DNA of 63,851 bases, counting the filler, from Olpidium bornovanus S191 (taxonomy: Eukaryota > Fungi > Olpidiomycota): assembly GCA_017911155.1 (NCBI GenBank). It is 27 parts of 27 records of this genome, joined end to end, with 100 filler letters (N's around TTAATTAATTAA, not from the genome) between each part and the next. Parts side by side here need not be neighbours in the genome. Positions count along the whole stretch, not along the records: positions 46,103 to 49,891 come from JAEFCI010001996.1; positions 49,992 to 52,407 come from JAEFCI010006199.1; positions 52,508 to 56,004 come from JAEFCI010000084.1; positions 56,105 to 57,627 come from JAEFCI010012106.1; positions 57,728 to 58,903 come from JAEFCI010007127.1; 22 more parts are not named here. One strand, 5' to 3'. The translations under genes were made by a program, and so were the position numbers. The notes beneath the pieces are model-generated. The model saw only the letters and a program-made list of their open reading frames with translations. It was not told where the DNA came from and ran no database searches. Below, one piece after another: positions 46,103 through 59,003 of the stretch (the stretch's first letter is position 1; each line of letters starts with the position of its first letter).

Positions 46103-49100
46103 CATGCAGGACGTGAGCTTCCAAGTTTTCGTCGCCCTCCAGTATCTCGCGCTCGCCCATTGCGCCGATGGTGGCGAGTACGTCAGTTATGGACTTGTAC
46201 ACGTGCGTCTTCAGCGACGGGTGGTGCCGGATCAGCTCGTCAACAGCACTGCCGATCATCGAAGCGACTTCCGTCTCTTGCAGAGCACGTAGGTGCTTCT
46301 GGGAATAGAATATGGAGAAGTACCGGTCGAGGGGGTTTGCCGCCAGAAAGGCTTCCAGGCCGGCGGCGTTCAGGCAAACGGCGCCAAAGGCATTCGGTAT
46401 CGCAGAAATGACCTGGCAATTATCAACCGGTACGTCGAGCGTAAGACACGAAACGCCGGATGCTCATCCACAGCAGCGCGGGAAGTAAGCGTACATCAAC
46501 AGATGCGGGTATATTGCCAGACACCGAATTTAGGAACGCTTCCGGCAACTTCGCCTCCTGCAAAATGGCCAACGACGTCGGTTCGTTGTGGATGAAAGTT
46601 GTCATGACGTTGAGGGCTAATTAATTATTATTTGGGAGCGGTGAGCAAAGGGTCTAAAAAAAAGGTATCGCGGATGTCCGACGCCTTTGCCACCTATTAG
46701 CTCACCTTGCACGTAAACGCCTGCACCGAACACGTCCAGGGACTGCAAGATGCTCTTGATAGACTTCGGTATCGACAAATCAATGATGCTCCGAACGCTG
46801 TTGCGCGCGTTCGTTTGCATCATGTGCAACACAAACTTCAGCAAGGCCTTCAAGAGCCCCAGTCTCTCGTGAGGCACAAGCGCGATCTCGCTGGCATCTG
46901 AGAACGGAATTATTACACCGGGCAGGAGGCCCGATTAGAGTCTAAATTTCAAGGACAGACCGCAGGGCCAGCCAGAAATTTTCAACCGGCAAACCTGCTG
47001 TGACGAAGGACGTCGCCGGGAACTCGGGTTCGGTTGCACCGACCGAATTGGTCATCGCGTTCAGGAGCTGCCGCTGCCTCTCCGCGCCGGCCAGCGACTC
47101 TTCGACCTCCGAACGGATGCGCTCCACCAGCATGTCCACGCCGCGGGCCTCTGCGAAGTGGGCGAACGAGTTCGTGAAGCCGTAAACGACGGCATCTAGC
47201 AGGGACGCCGCCTTTGTTACGACCTTCAGCAGGTGCGGGCGCTCGTTCTCGAGCAGAGGAGCAAGCACCGCAAAAATTCCGGCGGAGATGACCATGTTGC
47301 CTCCGGTCTGGGTGCCGACGATCCAGGTGAGAACGGCGAAGAAGGCCTCCAGGAAGTCGTACGAATACGTCTTGTCAGAAGCCAGCTCCGTCACGATCAT
47401 CCGCGCGGCATACAGAAGAGGCCCGTGGTTCGCGGAAGCGTACAGCGCGTTGAGGACCTCGGTCATTTTGCCGCGATAACGGGCCACACCGTCAATGGCG
47501 TAAAGCGCGGCGGTCCGAATGTCCTGGCGGAAACGCGGTTTTAGCTGGGCGGCCGGACAAGCCCGGAGATCGAAAACAGCACGCGTTTTCAGGGAGACAC
47601 CGCTCACATATGGCATTCCTGTATCGGGGTGGATCAGCTCCACGATCTGATTGATCAGGTCCGGGTTGTAGATGAAAACCTGGGAGTTCGCTTTGCTCTC
47701 AGGGACGTAATGCGCTGCGAGCGCGACCGAGTCAGCGCTTCGTTCGTCAACGGATGGTGACGATACGGGAGCCGGACCCTTCGGGGGCCCCACATACCCA
47801 TTACTGCTATCGCAAGCAGCCTTATATTTACAAGTTTCCGCCGCTGGGTCTCGTCTTGAAGGCAAAAGAACGCCCGCAGCTTGCAATAGAGCGGAAAACA
47901 GTACGCGGACGGTACCTGATACTGCTGAACGAGGTCCTCGAAAACCTCCTGCAACGACCGGCCCCTCAGTGCCTGGGGCGCGACGGTGATGGTGGTCAAA
48001 CCTTCCGCGGGTTTTATTCCGCCGGACAGCCCTTGGGCACACCGCGCCGGGAGCGCAGGGTTGGAGGATGACCTGCTCCGCTGTACCGGGACCGCCGACT
48101 GACCAGGCGCCGAAGCGCCGGCCGGCGGGTTTGGTAGCGCCGGCAAGCTGGACGCCGCGGCGGGCTTGTCCGCGTCGGCCTTCGCCGTCCGGAAAAACTT
48201 GAACTGCATCGCGGACGAGGCCGCAGCCTCCCGGTCCTGCCAGCTGCTCTGGTTAACGGCCTGGGCAAAACTGGGGCCGTGCTCCCCGCCTATCCACGTC
48301 TGCGCCAGCGTGAGGATGGTGTCCTTCGACACCGAGAACTGCGCCCGAACCGTTCGTTGCGCGTTGAGTCTCTGCGCAGGCCGCAACAGCAAGCGGAGAG
48401 TAGCTTCCACAACGTTCACGTCCGCCGCCATCATCAGGTTGTCCAGATGCTGCGTCGAAGGGCGCGCGATAAGAACGAACAGGCGCGAGTATTAGCGCGT
48501 CGAAAACGCAGACGCAGTCAGCTGCGTAGGTTCGTCAGGGCGTCGGCACCGTTCTGACATCCAGCGGGTACCGCGCAGCACCAACCCGGGCGCGGCCGAC
48601 GAGACAGTGACGCTCACCTCGTACGAGCTGTACACGTTGCGGTTGGTGCAGTTCTCCAGCAGCAACCTCTCAAAGGTGAGTATGGCGAGGAGGACGTCCT
48701 TGTCGGCCGGGCTAATCATTTGTTTTCCCAGGTCGGCCGTACCAGTTATCTTCGATCTGGCACATATGGCAGCCACGATGGAGTCAAACCGGTTTAGGAC
48801 CGGCACGTAATGAAAGAGGTCCCCGCGCGGGAACGGCCACTCTGTCCCGAATTCGGACAGCGTGGCCGCGAGCGCCTTTTCCGGACACTCGACGAGCGAG
48901 TTAATCACCGTCTGGACGACCGGGTGCTGCGCGGCCGCGGGCGGCGACGGTTTTGCGTGTGCAGAGTTAGGTTTTCGAGCCGCGAGACGAGGCGAGCGGA
49001 AAACCGCAGGAGGAGGGCGCGTTTGCACATCAAAATGGCGTCGACCGTCGTCTCAAAAGGGAAGAGCGAAAACCGCGAGGGTGCGGGAAGACCCCTCCGC

Positions 49101-49328
49101 AGTCGCCCGGAGAAGCGCGGCGCCGTGTCCAAGGAGGAGAGGGGGTGGGGGAGGCGAGGGCCGGGGCGCAGCAATAAGGCAAACGCACGGGGGTGGGGGC
49201 CCCCGAGCAAGGTGAAGGGGGGAACGGGAAGGCGCGGGGAAGGAACGGAGTGGGGTGCGTGGGCCTGCGGCAGGGAAACTACTCACCGGAGGCGCGAGCC
49301 TCTTCGACGGGCTCTTCTTTATCTTCAT
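46103..49328 (-). CDS. TOM1: HECT E3 ubiquitin ligase Tom1/HUWE1, N-terminal DUF908/DUF913 regions (3'-truncated)
   Basis: Start MKIKKSPSKR; WPFPRGDLFHYVPVLNRFD; LLLENCTNRNVYSSYE; HLDNLMMAADVNVVEATLRLL; SANHGPL; IPNAFGAICLNAAG; GSAVDELIRHHPSLK. Confidence 0.96.
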
Positions 49329-50413
49329 GGCCGCGGGCGGTGGCGCGGGGGGGAATAAGGTGGGGGTGGGGGATGTTGGGGCGGAGCGGGAACGGGCGGG
49401 CGCCTCGCCTTTTTGCTTCCCGGCAGTGCTGCGCGCACGTCTCGCCTCCACTTTTTTCCGCCGGGGGGCTCTACGGTTATTACGGCACGGAGGACGCTCC
49501 CGCCTGACAAATGTCCTTCCTTTTTTTTTTTTGGCCCCCGGTCGGGGCGGGAGAAAGCCCGCGTGTCAGCCGGGGGGCGTCTTTCCCGCGACCCTGCGGC
49601 CGCCCTTAAACGGTTTCCTTTTTCTTTCGTTCTTTCTTTTTTTTTTTTTTTTTTCCTTTCTTTTTTCTTTCTCTCTTTCTTTCTTTCCTTTTTGCGGGAA
49701 AGAAGAGCGGGAGAGCGCGGGTGAGCCGGGCGGAGGAGGCGGAGGAGGATGAGAGGGAGGGAGAGAGCGGAGGAGAGAGCGAGCGGAGGAGCACGAACGA
49801 GAGAGAGAGAGAGAGCAGAGAGAGAGCAGAGAGAGAGCAGAGAGAGCGGAACGGGGGCGGCGGCCGGGGAAAGAGAGAGAGAGAGAGAGAGNNNNNNNNN
49901 NNNNNNNNNNNNNNNNNNNNNNNNNNNNNNNNNNNTTAATTAATTAANNNNNNNNNNNNNNNNNNNNNNNNNNNNNNNNNNNNNNNNNNNNCGCGTCTTT
50001 AAATCGAGAGCAGACGTGTACTGCAATAAATCGTTGGCTCTTTGCCAGCCCTGGCCCTAACCGTAACCCCAAATCTCCTGCCCTGACTCTAAAGCCAACT
50101 TCCCCGCATGCATGGGCACAGGGTGCCGAGATGTTCGCGGTGAAAGGCCAAGCTTTTGAGAGCACCCGCTGCAGAATGAGGAACGGGAAAGACACAAGGT
50201 GGCCAGGACGTCAGTGACTTTGAATGGAGGTTGGGGTCAGAGTAATTTTCGCCATAAAAGATTCTAGCAGGGGCCACCCGAATTACAAGGCATCCAGTCA
50301 CAATAGTTACCGGACCTTTTTTTTTTTTTTTTTTTTTCCTTTTTTTTTCCACATTTTACGAAATTTTCACCGCCAGTCCCGGAAACCGCCCCTCCGCACC
50401 CCCTCCGTGGGCC

Positions 50414-52407
50414 ATGGACTACCACGCGTCTCCCTTCAAGGACTTCTCGTACTGCCTGACGCAGGACCTGCAGCTGCCGCTGACCCTGCGAATGTGAGTC
50501 TTTAGGACCGACCGCCCCCCCCCGGCTGCCCGGGCGCGGACAAAAAAAAACCGGGCCGGCCATCAGTCTGCCCCTCGCGGCCGAAGGCTGGAAAACCTTG
50601 TACCGCCGCCTCAGATCGTCTTTGGAGGGACGCCGGGAGAAGAGACCTTTGTCGGAGGTTCTCGACGACCGCTCGCTCAAGGTCACTGCGCTGCAGACGT
50701 CAAGGTGCGGTCGCCGCACTGGAGTGCGTTTTTCTTCTGAGCGCACGGGCGGCCCGGAAGACAAACCGCGCCGATGTCGACGAATACGACGTTCAACGCC
50801 ACCCCACGACCGCTTTCCCCAAATCTTCCAGTAACGGGGTCACGGATTGTTACGTGACGTGTCAGCTGTTTGCCGAGAACAAGCCGCTGACGGTGCCGGT
50901 CCGGACGTCGTATCGGCCTTTCAAGACTTCACACGTGTGAGCGAGCGATGTCCTCCCCTGCGACGCTGCCGTGCGTGTCCGACCCGCGACTCGAAACCTT
51001 TCCCCAACGTCGCGCTGGGAAAAAAACGCGGCGAAAGGTGCGGGAAACAGAACCTGTCCTGACCGGCCGGCTTGCGACCACAGTTGGAACGAATGGATAA
51101 TTATTCCGGTGAAGTACTGCCACTTGCCGGTGACCGCGCAACTCGCGTTTACCGTCTATGATGCACACGGGCCGCGACGCGTCGTGCCCGTCGGAGGCAC
51201 GACGTTTAGGCTTGTTGGGAAAAATAAGTTCGTATACGACTGATGCGCTGCGGAAAAAGGGAAGAGGGGTAGTGTTAAGATGGCCGTCTCTTTACCGCGG
51301 CTCCAATCCAGCACGTTACGGAAGGGAAAACATAAACTCTACTTGCATCCGGGCAGAGAAGCTGATGGCGGAGTTTCAAGCTCGACGCCGAGCAAACTTG
51401 CCGGCGTCGAGGACGAGATGGACCGATTAGAAAAGGCAGGTGAAGGTATACGGCGTCCGTTCCGAGAACTGGGGATCTCCAGTGCTCAGATCTCTCTTTA
51501 TCTGCAGCTAGTGAAAAAGCACGAGCGCGGCGACTTGACAAGGCTTGACTGGCTTGACAATCTCGCGTTCCGCGAAATCGAGAAGGTCAATCGGGTAAAG
51601 GCGCTTGTGGCTTTGTAGCGGCCCTGCATTTCGGAAGCCATACGGCTGACTGCAGAACCATGTCTGCTGCAGGGACAGTCGATGGACTCGAAAAGGCTCT
51701 TTTTGTACATTGATCTGCCAAAATTCGACTTCCCTTTGGTGTTTTCTGAACCCGTATGTTTGCCTCGCGCGATGGGCGATGGCCCAAACGTCACCCGGAA
51801 CTGGCGATCCTCAAAGAGTCGATTGTTGCACATTGCTGTCAGGAATACGACCTGCCCCGTCTGGCCCCGGAGATGGTATCGGAACCTACGATCGTTCACA
51901 TTCTGGACCCGGAAATTCTCCGCGAGAATCCGGTGGAAGCCAAGCACAGAAGGCTCGTCCGTGCGAACCGAAACACTCAGCTTGACCGTGACCTTAAACC
52001 GAACGCCAAGAACCGGGACGAGCTGGCCGTAAGACGCCGGGAAAATCATCTGCGCGCGCTTTTTGTTTTCGGGTCACTTACTTCCGACCCACCTAGGAAA
52101 TTCTCAAATATCCCCCGACGCAAGAGCTCGCCACGGAAGAAAAAGATCTCCTTTGGAAGTTCAGGTTTTACTTGACCCGCAATAAGAAGGTTTCGTTTTC
52201 CCAAAAAGCTGATTCTTTTTTATCCTTGTGGCTAAGTGAGATTTGTGCTGCGGAACAGGCCTTGACCAAGTTCCTCAAGTGCGTCACATGGTCGGACGCG
52301 ACGGAGGCGAAACAGGCCGTCGAACTGCTGTCACAGTGGGCGAACATTGATGTCGATGACGCTCTGGAGTTGCTCGGTCCCAATTTCCACAACCGTAGTG
52401 TGAGATC
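50414..52407 (+). CDS. VPS34: Class III PI3-kinase Vps34, C2 and helical (PIK) domains, many exons, 3'-truncated
   Basis: DFSYCLTQDLQLPL; VTCQLFAENKPLTVPVRTSY; WNEWII; VGGTT; EMDRLEK; DWLDNLAFREIE; ENPVEAKHRRLVR; DRDLKPNA; ALTKFLKCVTW; IDVDDALELL. Confidence 0.97.
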
Positions 52408-53223
52408 NNNNNNNNNNNNNNNNNNNNNNNNNNNNNNNNNNNNNNNNNNNNTTAATTAATTAANNNNNNNNNNNNNNNNNNNNNNNNNNNNNNNNNNNNN
52501 NNNNNNNCCGGGAGCCGGGCAGGAGTGCGCTTGTGTTTTCTGGACGGGAACACGGCGAGTCGACTTTGCTGTGGGTACTAATAACTAGATTATTAAACGC
52601 GCGACCTCGCGATACCCAGACATCATGTGTGAGCGTGCTCGGTTCCATTCTAAAGGAGAAAATTGGTCAGACACGGCGTCGACAGACTCCAGCAAGTCGG
52701 ATGCCAACTATGCCAAGGTGCTCCCGGAATTGCAGAGTGTGATGTACTGTGAGTTGAAAGTGACGTTTTGCGTTGGACGTCGTTGCAGAGTAGAAAGGAT
52801 TGTCGGCGTTGGCTTTGTGGTGTGATATGAACATGAACCTGAATTTTAACTATTGTTTTTTGTTTACCTTGACTCAGTCATGTGAAAATTCCGAGCGGGG
52901 CGATGCACGGTGACGTTTTGCTTCATTTTGGTCACTGCGGACTTGAATTTTGCAGGAATCACTTTGAAGATATCCCCGCCCCCTCTTTACGTCCAAAACT
53001 TCACTTTTGTTTCTTGTTTGGCGCATTGGAGTTTACGTCATTCGCTGCGCAGTTTTTCCGCTTTGATCCATCCTTCTTCACAGGAAATCTTTCGGCCCGA
53101 ACGATCCTTTCTTTAATCATATGGTGGATATTGCCATTTTGCTCACATACTTTCCCCTTTGCCTGAATGATGCCCTTGGACGTTTACACATATTTCAATC
53201 TCTCGTCATCCCTGTCCGTTGTT

Positions 53224-53943
53224 CTACCCTCTGAAAAAGTCTTCATTGTCCGAAGGCTCAAAATGCCGAGTATCCGGCGCTAATCCGCAGCCTTTTGCAG
53301 TTATAAAATTCCACAGACGCGACGGAATGGTATGCCCCGTGGTGACGCGCCCAGGATTCACCCCAGTGTCGTGGGGTTCCAGGTTCGCAAAGAAGGAAAA
53401 CACGCTTGTTCGCGATGCAGACGTGCGCCGCGACGGCGTTGAAGCCAGCGTTTTCAATTCGCTTTTGCCTCCTCGCCATTGTACAGAGGCATGCATGTTG
53501 GCGTGGTGTGGTGGGCGGGAGTCCGCGAGACGGTACTCGCCGGGGCAGAAGTACACCGCAGCGTTTATTACAAGGTCTGTGGTACGAAACGCCAAAATAT
53601 CGGCGCTGCTTCCAGGCATGCCAATGCGCATGGCTTTGACGCGGCGGCGGCAGGTATGCCAATGTGCACGGCTTTGACGCGGCGGCGTTTCTCGCAGGAC
53701 ATGCGGGTTGACAAAGTACCTGGCAACGGTGAACGCCATGCGCCAGTTGGTGAGATTCCCGCATCCGCTCCGCATCGGCTTGCCGCAGCACAGAACATGC
53801 CTGTATTTTTCGGTCAAAGTCCACCCCCTCCCCCTGTGCACCAGGTCGCCTGAAGAACGGAATGGTTGTTCCGTCCACCAGGCCCACAGCCAGCAAACCC
53901 CGTCTGCCGCGAACGCGGCCGAGGTGTGGGCCCTCTGCGGCAA
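53224..53943 (-). pseudogene. Copy 2 of the dispersed TET/JBP-like candidate family
   Basis: See copy 1. Retains EPH (His at 53371-53373) and GRVT (Arg at 53347-53349). Reads PPHHAN where the HxD is expected. Contains an internal duplication of about 39 bp near 53616-53690. Confidence 0.5.
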
Positions 53944-55629
53944 GGATGGCCACCGTTTTCACTCGCGGCACAAGATCCATTGGGGGCACTGATCACACTT
54001 GTCGGGTGAACAGGCCGACCGTCCCCTTGCCGAACGCCGGCCGCGCTCGTCAACGAGCCGGGCGAGGCGTTGTTTTAGCCGTACTTGCCAAATTGCTCCA
54101 GCGCGACGGCGGGCTTGGGAGGGCAAATTCTGGCCTGTGGACAAGTGGGGAAACCCGTTTCTGGAAAAACCGAGTTGGGTTTTTCCAACAGGCCGCGAGG
54201 TCTGCAGAAGGCGGGCTGCCCGCTGCAGCGCAGCGGAAAAAAGTCCTCGTCAGGGGCACCTGGAAAGGCCGGAGAAAGCAGATTCAGCCGCTGCCCGCCG
54301 CGCAGTTCCAAAGGGACTTTTAGGCCAGGACCCGGCGCGGCGCTCGAGGTGCCGCGTTTGCCGCCCTTTCGCGGACCGAAGTTGCCGCCGGCGGGCGATA
54401 AAAGGGCGGGGGGTGGACGCAGCGGGACGGAAAGGGGGGAAGCGTTTTCCAGCTTTCGCGATGAGGCGGCGTTGTGTGTTTTTCGACGACGACGCCTGAA
54501 GCGGCGAGGAGAGGCGGACGAGCTTTTGCTCCACCCGCCCGGGTAATGGGGGAAACCCGTCTCTCGCCGCCCCCCGCGCCGCGCACATAAAAAAAAAAAA
54601 AGCAAGAGGCGACCGGGGCGGGCTCGGCGCGGCGCGGGGGCAGATAGGGTCGGCGCCGAGGGCCAGAGGGCGGAAAAAAAAACAGCGATGACGCGACAAG
54701 GGGAGGTGGGGGGGAGGGGGGGGGGAAGAGTGTTGTAGTTCGAACGGCAGACGGGCGCCGCGCGCCAAGGAGACGAGCAGGCGTACGGGGAACGTTTCGT
54801 TGTTGTTTTTGTTTTGGGGCCATTAGCTACGTCATGCCTATTTTATATGGCGGTCTCCTAGGAACTGCACGGGCAAAAGAAAGGGGGGAAGGGTCGGTGC
54901 GCGTAGCGGCCTCCCTTTTTGCTACAAAGAGGCGGTGCGCGGCGTGGGTGCGGGTGGTGGCCGCGCAACCGCTCTTGGTACATTTTTTTTTTTTTTTTTT
55001 TTTTTTGTTTCGGTGTTCTCTCGCGTCAAACTCTCAACGGGACGCCGCCGGAACACCCCCGCGCGAGGCCCGCGCTCAGCTGACGGGGCGCGCGCGGGCG
55101 CGAGGGGATCGCGCGGGCAACGCGCGGCGCAAGGGCGCGCTTCTGCTTGGCCGCGGGTAAGACGAGGCCGAATGCGAAAAGCCCCGGTTCGGCTCTGAAT
55201 CACCCGCGCTGTTTGAAAAAAGAAAAAAAAAAAAGAAAGAACCCCGTCGTCACGGGCTGCCGACAGTTTCGAAAATGTTTTGGCATGGGCGGGATAATGG
55301 CCCCCCTGGGCCCCCCCCCCCCCCCCCCCCCGCGTGGCATTACGCGGTTTCAACACCATAGGCTTCCTTCCCATCGCGCCTGCCGCGTACTCTGGCCAAC
55401 AAAGTGCGTCTCTGCAATTCCCAGGCAAATTCGGCACGGCAATTGGATTCCTGAAACGCCACCAGAATCTTTATATCTTCCGATCAATTTTTATGCGTGG
55501 GCCAGCTCAGTGCCTGTCAGCTCTAAAGCCCAGATTCCGGCGGCATGCGCCCTCCAAAAGTGTCGGCACTGTTGCGTTGCACAACGCCGGGGCGTCCAGA
55601 CTAACTGGCATCGAGTGATCTGGCAAGCC

Positions 55630-56004
55630 CTGCGTATGTGCTCATGGGAGATCAGGACATACCGCTCATGATAATCGTTTACGTCAACAATTTACTGTCG
55701 ACAGGACTGGACGACGAAACCATCAAGCATTTTGGGTGGAACCTGGAATAGAAATTCAGAATGTCAGAAGGCGGGGATCTGTCCGTCATTTTGGGAATCA
55801 GAATGCAGATGAAGGGCGAGATACTCACAATGGACCAGCGTCGCTACGCGGCACAAATTGCTGAAAAAATTTGACAAATAGATGCAAACAAAGTAGGAAC
55901 CCGTATCTGGTGACGTTGGCCGCCGACCAACTGCGCAAGAACCAGACGCAGCAAGGAGCACTACGCAGAGGCCGTGGAATCAAATAACTGGTTGGCGACC
56001 ATGA
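55630..56004 (+). mobile_element. Decayed Ty1/Copia reverse transcriptase fragment
   Basis: IIVYVNNLL (YVDD motif mutated), KFRMSEGGDLSVILGI, MDQRRY and YAEAVES..WL, with stops and frameshifts. Confidence 0.9.
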
Positions 56005-56134
56005 NNNNNNNNNNNNNNNNNNNNNNNNNNNNNNNNNNNNNNNNNNNNTTAATTAATTAANNNNNNNNNNNNNNNNNNNNNNNNNNNNNNNNNNNNNNNN
56101 NNNNAAAAAACAACAAAAAGAAAAAAAAAAAAAA

Positions 56135-56201
<67 letters not shown>

Positions 56202-56690
56202 ATAAAGAGTCTCCCGGACAGCGGTGCGCGTGTGCGGGCGCGCGCCGCCGCGGAAACTTTGTGCGGGGGCTTCCCGGGCGTCTGGGAACTTCCGGGTGGC
56301 GCGGCTCGTTCAGAACTGCACTGCAGCGATTTGAAACGCCCGCCGCTTTACGGCATTTTTATTAGCGGCGCGCGCCGACGGGGGCGGAACGATCTCGCCG
56401 TGTGGGCGGCGCGGCTCAGAAGACACTCCCGTTTGCTTCCGCGCGGTTTGGTCTGGACTTTCTGGGCTACCGTTGTAAGCGCGCCTTCCCCCCCGAGGAG
56501 TCCTCGTTTCTGATCATGCGTCAGGCGCAGCCGCTGTGGCGCGCGCCGGCGAGATGCTCCCCACGGCGGCTTTCGAAACATGGGCCGGCTTGTTTTTGTC
56601 GAAGCGTTGCGAACGGCGCAGCCGCCCTGACCGACGGCCGTTCGACAATAGAGCGCGAACCAGGGCGTCAGGAACGCTGCTTTCGCCAGC

Positions 56691-57627
56691 ATGAGCGAAC
56701 GGGGCCGGCAAAGACGAAACAGACGGGGCCCCCGCTCCACGGGCGCCGCAGTGCTGTTCGCGCTGGGCACCCTCGGCGCGACGTACTCGGCAGACGCTTC
56801 AGATGAGATTTTTACAGAGGAACTCTTGAACAAACCGCTGGGCGACGGAAAGGTGTTCTCGTATTTCGAATTCAACGTGAGGAGGCCTACCGCCGCGTCA
56901 CGAAACGAAACCCAATGTACGGCGGTACGAGGGTGGGGGACGGATGAACTGGTGCGGGTCTCGGACTTCGGAAAGAGTACCACGCTCACGTAATGGCTTT
57001 GCTGACGCGGTTCCAAACTTCAGCCGGACATTACCATCTTTTCCCCCGCCTGATTGGACAGGTTATCGAATCGTCGCGCGTTCAGGAGCTTCACCTTTCG
57101 TTCACTCAGGGCAGGTGGTGGTACGAAGACTGGGGATACCCTGTCGCCCCTGGGGCTGGAACGGGCGTGGAGCTCTGGGCGTGGCTGGAGGGCGGTGACG
57201 AGTAAGTGTCTTTGTACTCGTTCGCTCACTGTGCAGCTCTCTGAATCAATTTGCGGTCCTTGCTCATCTCCTTTCAATCTCGCCGGGACGGCAGCGTAAA
57301 CGAGCGGTGGACAAAGCTGACGAACACGCTTGCCGGCCTGTTCTGCGTGTCCCTCAATTTTATCGGTGAAACTATCACCGTGGAGCCGCGGTTGAGTTTT
57401 GCGCCGGAAGGGATCTACAACGTACTCAGCGCAAACGGTGAGTGTGCGTCCAGCAGAAGCAGCCGCTTTTTTTTGAGCGGTGAGATGTTTCTGACCACGT
57501 CGCTACACGTCCGCATTACGGGGTGGGAGATAGCAACAAGTTTTAAAACCCAGCTCCGGCGCGGCTATCTTCCTCACGAAAACGTGTGCACTGAAAACTT
57601 GACCCCCTGGATCAAACTCCTGCCATG
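56691..57627 (+). CDS. GPI16: GPI transamidase subunit Gpi16/PIG-T, 5' part
   Basis: Signal peptide; FTEELL.KPL; HYHLFPRLIGQ; ELHLSFTQGRW; GTGVELWAW; LTNTLAGLFCVSLNF; LPHENVCTENLTPWIKLLP. Confidence 0.97.
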
Positions 57628-57727
57628 NNNNNNNNNNNNNNNNNNNNNNNNNNNNNNNNNNNNNNNNNNNNTTAATTAATTAANNNNNNNNNNNNNNNNN
57701 NNNNNNNNNNNNNNNNNNNNNNNNNNN

Positions 57728-58000
57728 CATGAAGAGGTTCTGGCGCTGCGAATCCGACAGCTGCAACGGCGAGAGGGCGCTGTGGACGAAGCCATCAAGA
57801 CGATGCGCATAGCGAAATGTCGAGAAAAGGCGCCAGTTGACGCGAGACGTCGCAGTTACCCGGAACCGTTTTGGCAGGCAACGTCTTCGGATAAGCGCAA
57901 TGTTCACGATAGATAAAGCGAAATTGTGCTTCTCTGCCGTGGAAGCCTCGAAAAGTCCTTTGTATTCGTCCATCTTAGGAGGACACCGCGTGCGAAATCC
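57728..58000 (+). mobile_element. Decayed Ty3/Gypsy integrase C-terminal fragment
   Basis: HEEVLALRIRQLQRREGAVDEA..EIVLLCRGSLEKSF resembles the fungal gypsy T.ELLA.RARQL.RR..GDLVL..SLE pattern. Contains an in-frame stop. Confidence 0.55.
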
Positions 58001-58306
58001 TGGCGGTTGCGCCAAACCACTTTCGCGCGACACCTGAGCCATTATAGAACTAAAAAGTTACAAGCGGGAGGTTGGGGGGGGGGGGGGGGGGGGGAGAAGG
58101 GGGCACTCAGGAAAAACACGCAAGGGAATCACAGACTACTTAGCATCTAGCGGCTCGAATTTAAACGACGCAAAACCGGTGGAAGCGGAGAAAAAAACTA
58201 CACGAAAGTCCGAAAGCAGGGTGAGCAGGGGGGGAGGCACCAAGTGAAAAAGCCCAAGACCATTTTTGCAACTATTTACAGCTTAGATTAGATATGGGGG
58301 GAGGAG

Positions 58307-58888
58307 TCAAAAGGGGGAAGAATAAACTTGTCGAACGCACCTGGCCTCCACGGCCGCTTGCTTCGATATCTTGCCGGCGCATTCTGCGTCACTGCCCTGC
58401 GCGGGGTCATCCGCGTGGGTGGAAATAACGAGCGTCCTCGGGTCTGTAACGAAGAGATTGGCGGGGACGGCAGTCCACTCGACTGCGGCAACCGGGGAAA
58501 CGTCCGTGGCTTGAGGCGGTGGCTGCTCCGCTTGCGAAAGTCGGGGTCGCCGAGACTGCGGTCCTGCGACAGCCGCCAATGCCGGGACAGAAGTAGCGGC
58601 TTCCCCAGGTTCCTCTGCCATTTGCCCGCGCTTCTTGCCCCTGCGCGGCAGGGACGTCGCAGAGACCTGCTCGGCGTGATAAGCATCTTCCACAGCGGAG
58701 GCTGGCAAAGCGTCGAAGCTGTAGTCGTCTTGCTGGTGGTGGCGCGCTTCCGGCGGATGCCCGGCGGAGAGCGCAATCTCCTGAGCATGCGAAAGCGGGG
58801 GGTACGGCGTGTGGATCGGCAACAGAGGTTCCGCCGGCCTCGAAGGGCCCGTCCGCCGCAAGCTGCCCAGCACTGTTTGATCGATCAC
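58307..58888 (-). CDS. Hypothetical low-complexity protein fragment
   Basis: 193-aa open frame running in from the contig edge. No motif recognised. Confidence 0.3.
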   Translation of the reverse strand: MIDQTVLGSLRRTGPSRPAEPLLPIHTPYPPLSHAQEIALSAGHPPEARHHQQDDYSFDALPASAVEDAYHAEQVSATSLPRRGKKRGQMAEEPGEAATSVPALAAVAGPQSRRPRLSQAEQPPPQATDVSPVAAVEWTAVPANLFVTDPRTLVISTHADDPAQGSDAECAGKISKQAAVEARCVRQVYSSPF

Positions 58889-59003
58889 CGGCTGCTGCCG
58901 CCGNNNNNNNNNNNNNNNNNNNNNNNNNNNNNNNNNNNNNNNNNNNNTTAATTAATTAANNNNNNNNNNNNNNNNNNNNNNNNNNNNNNNNNNNNNNNNN
59001 NNN

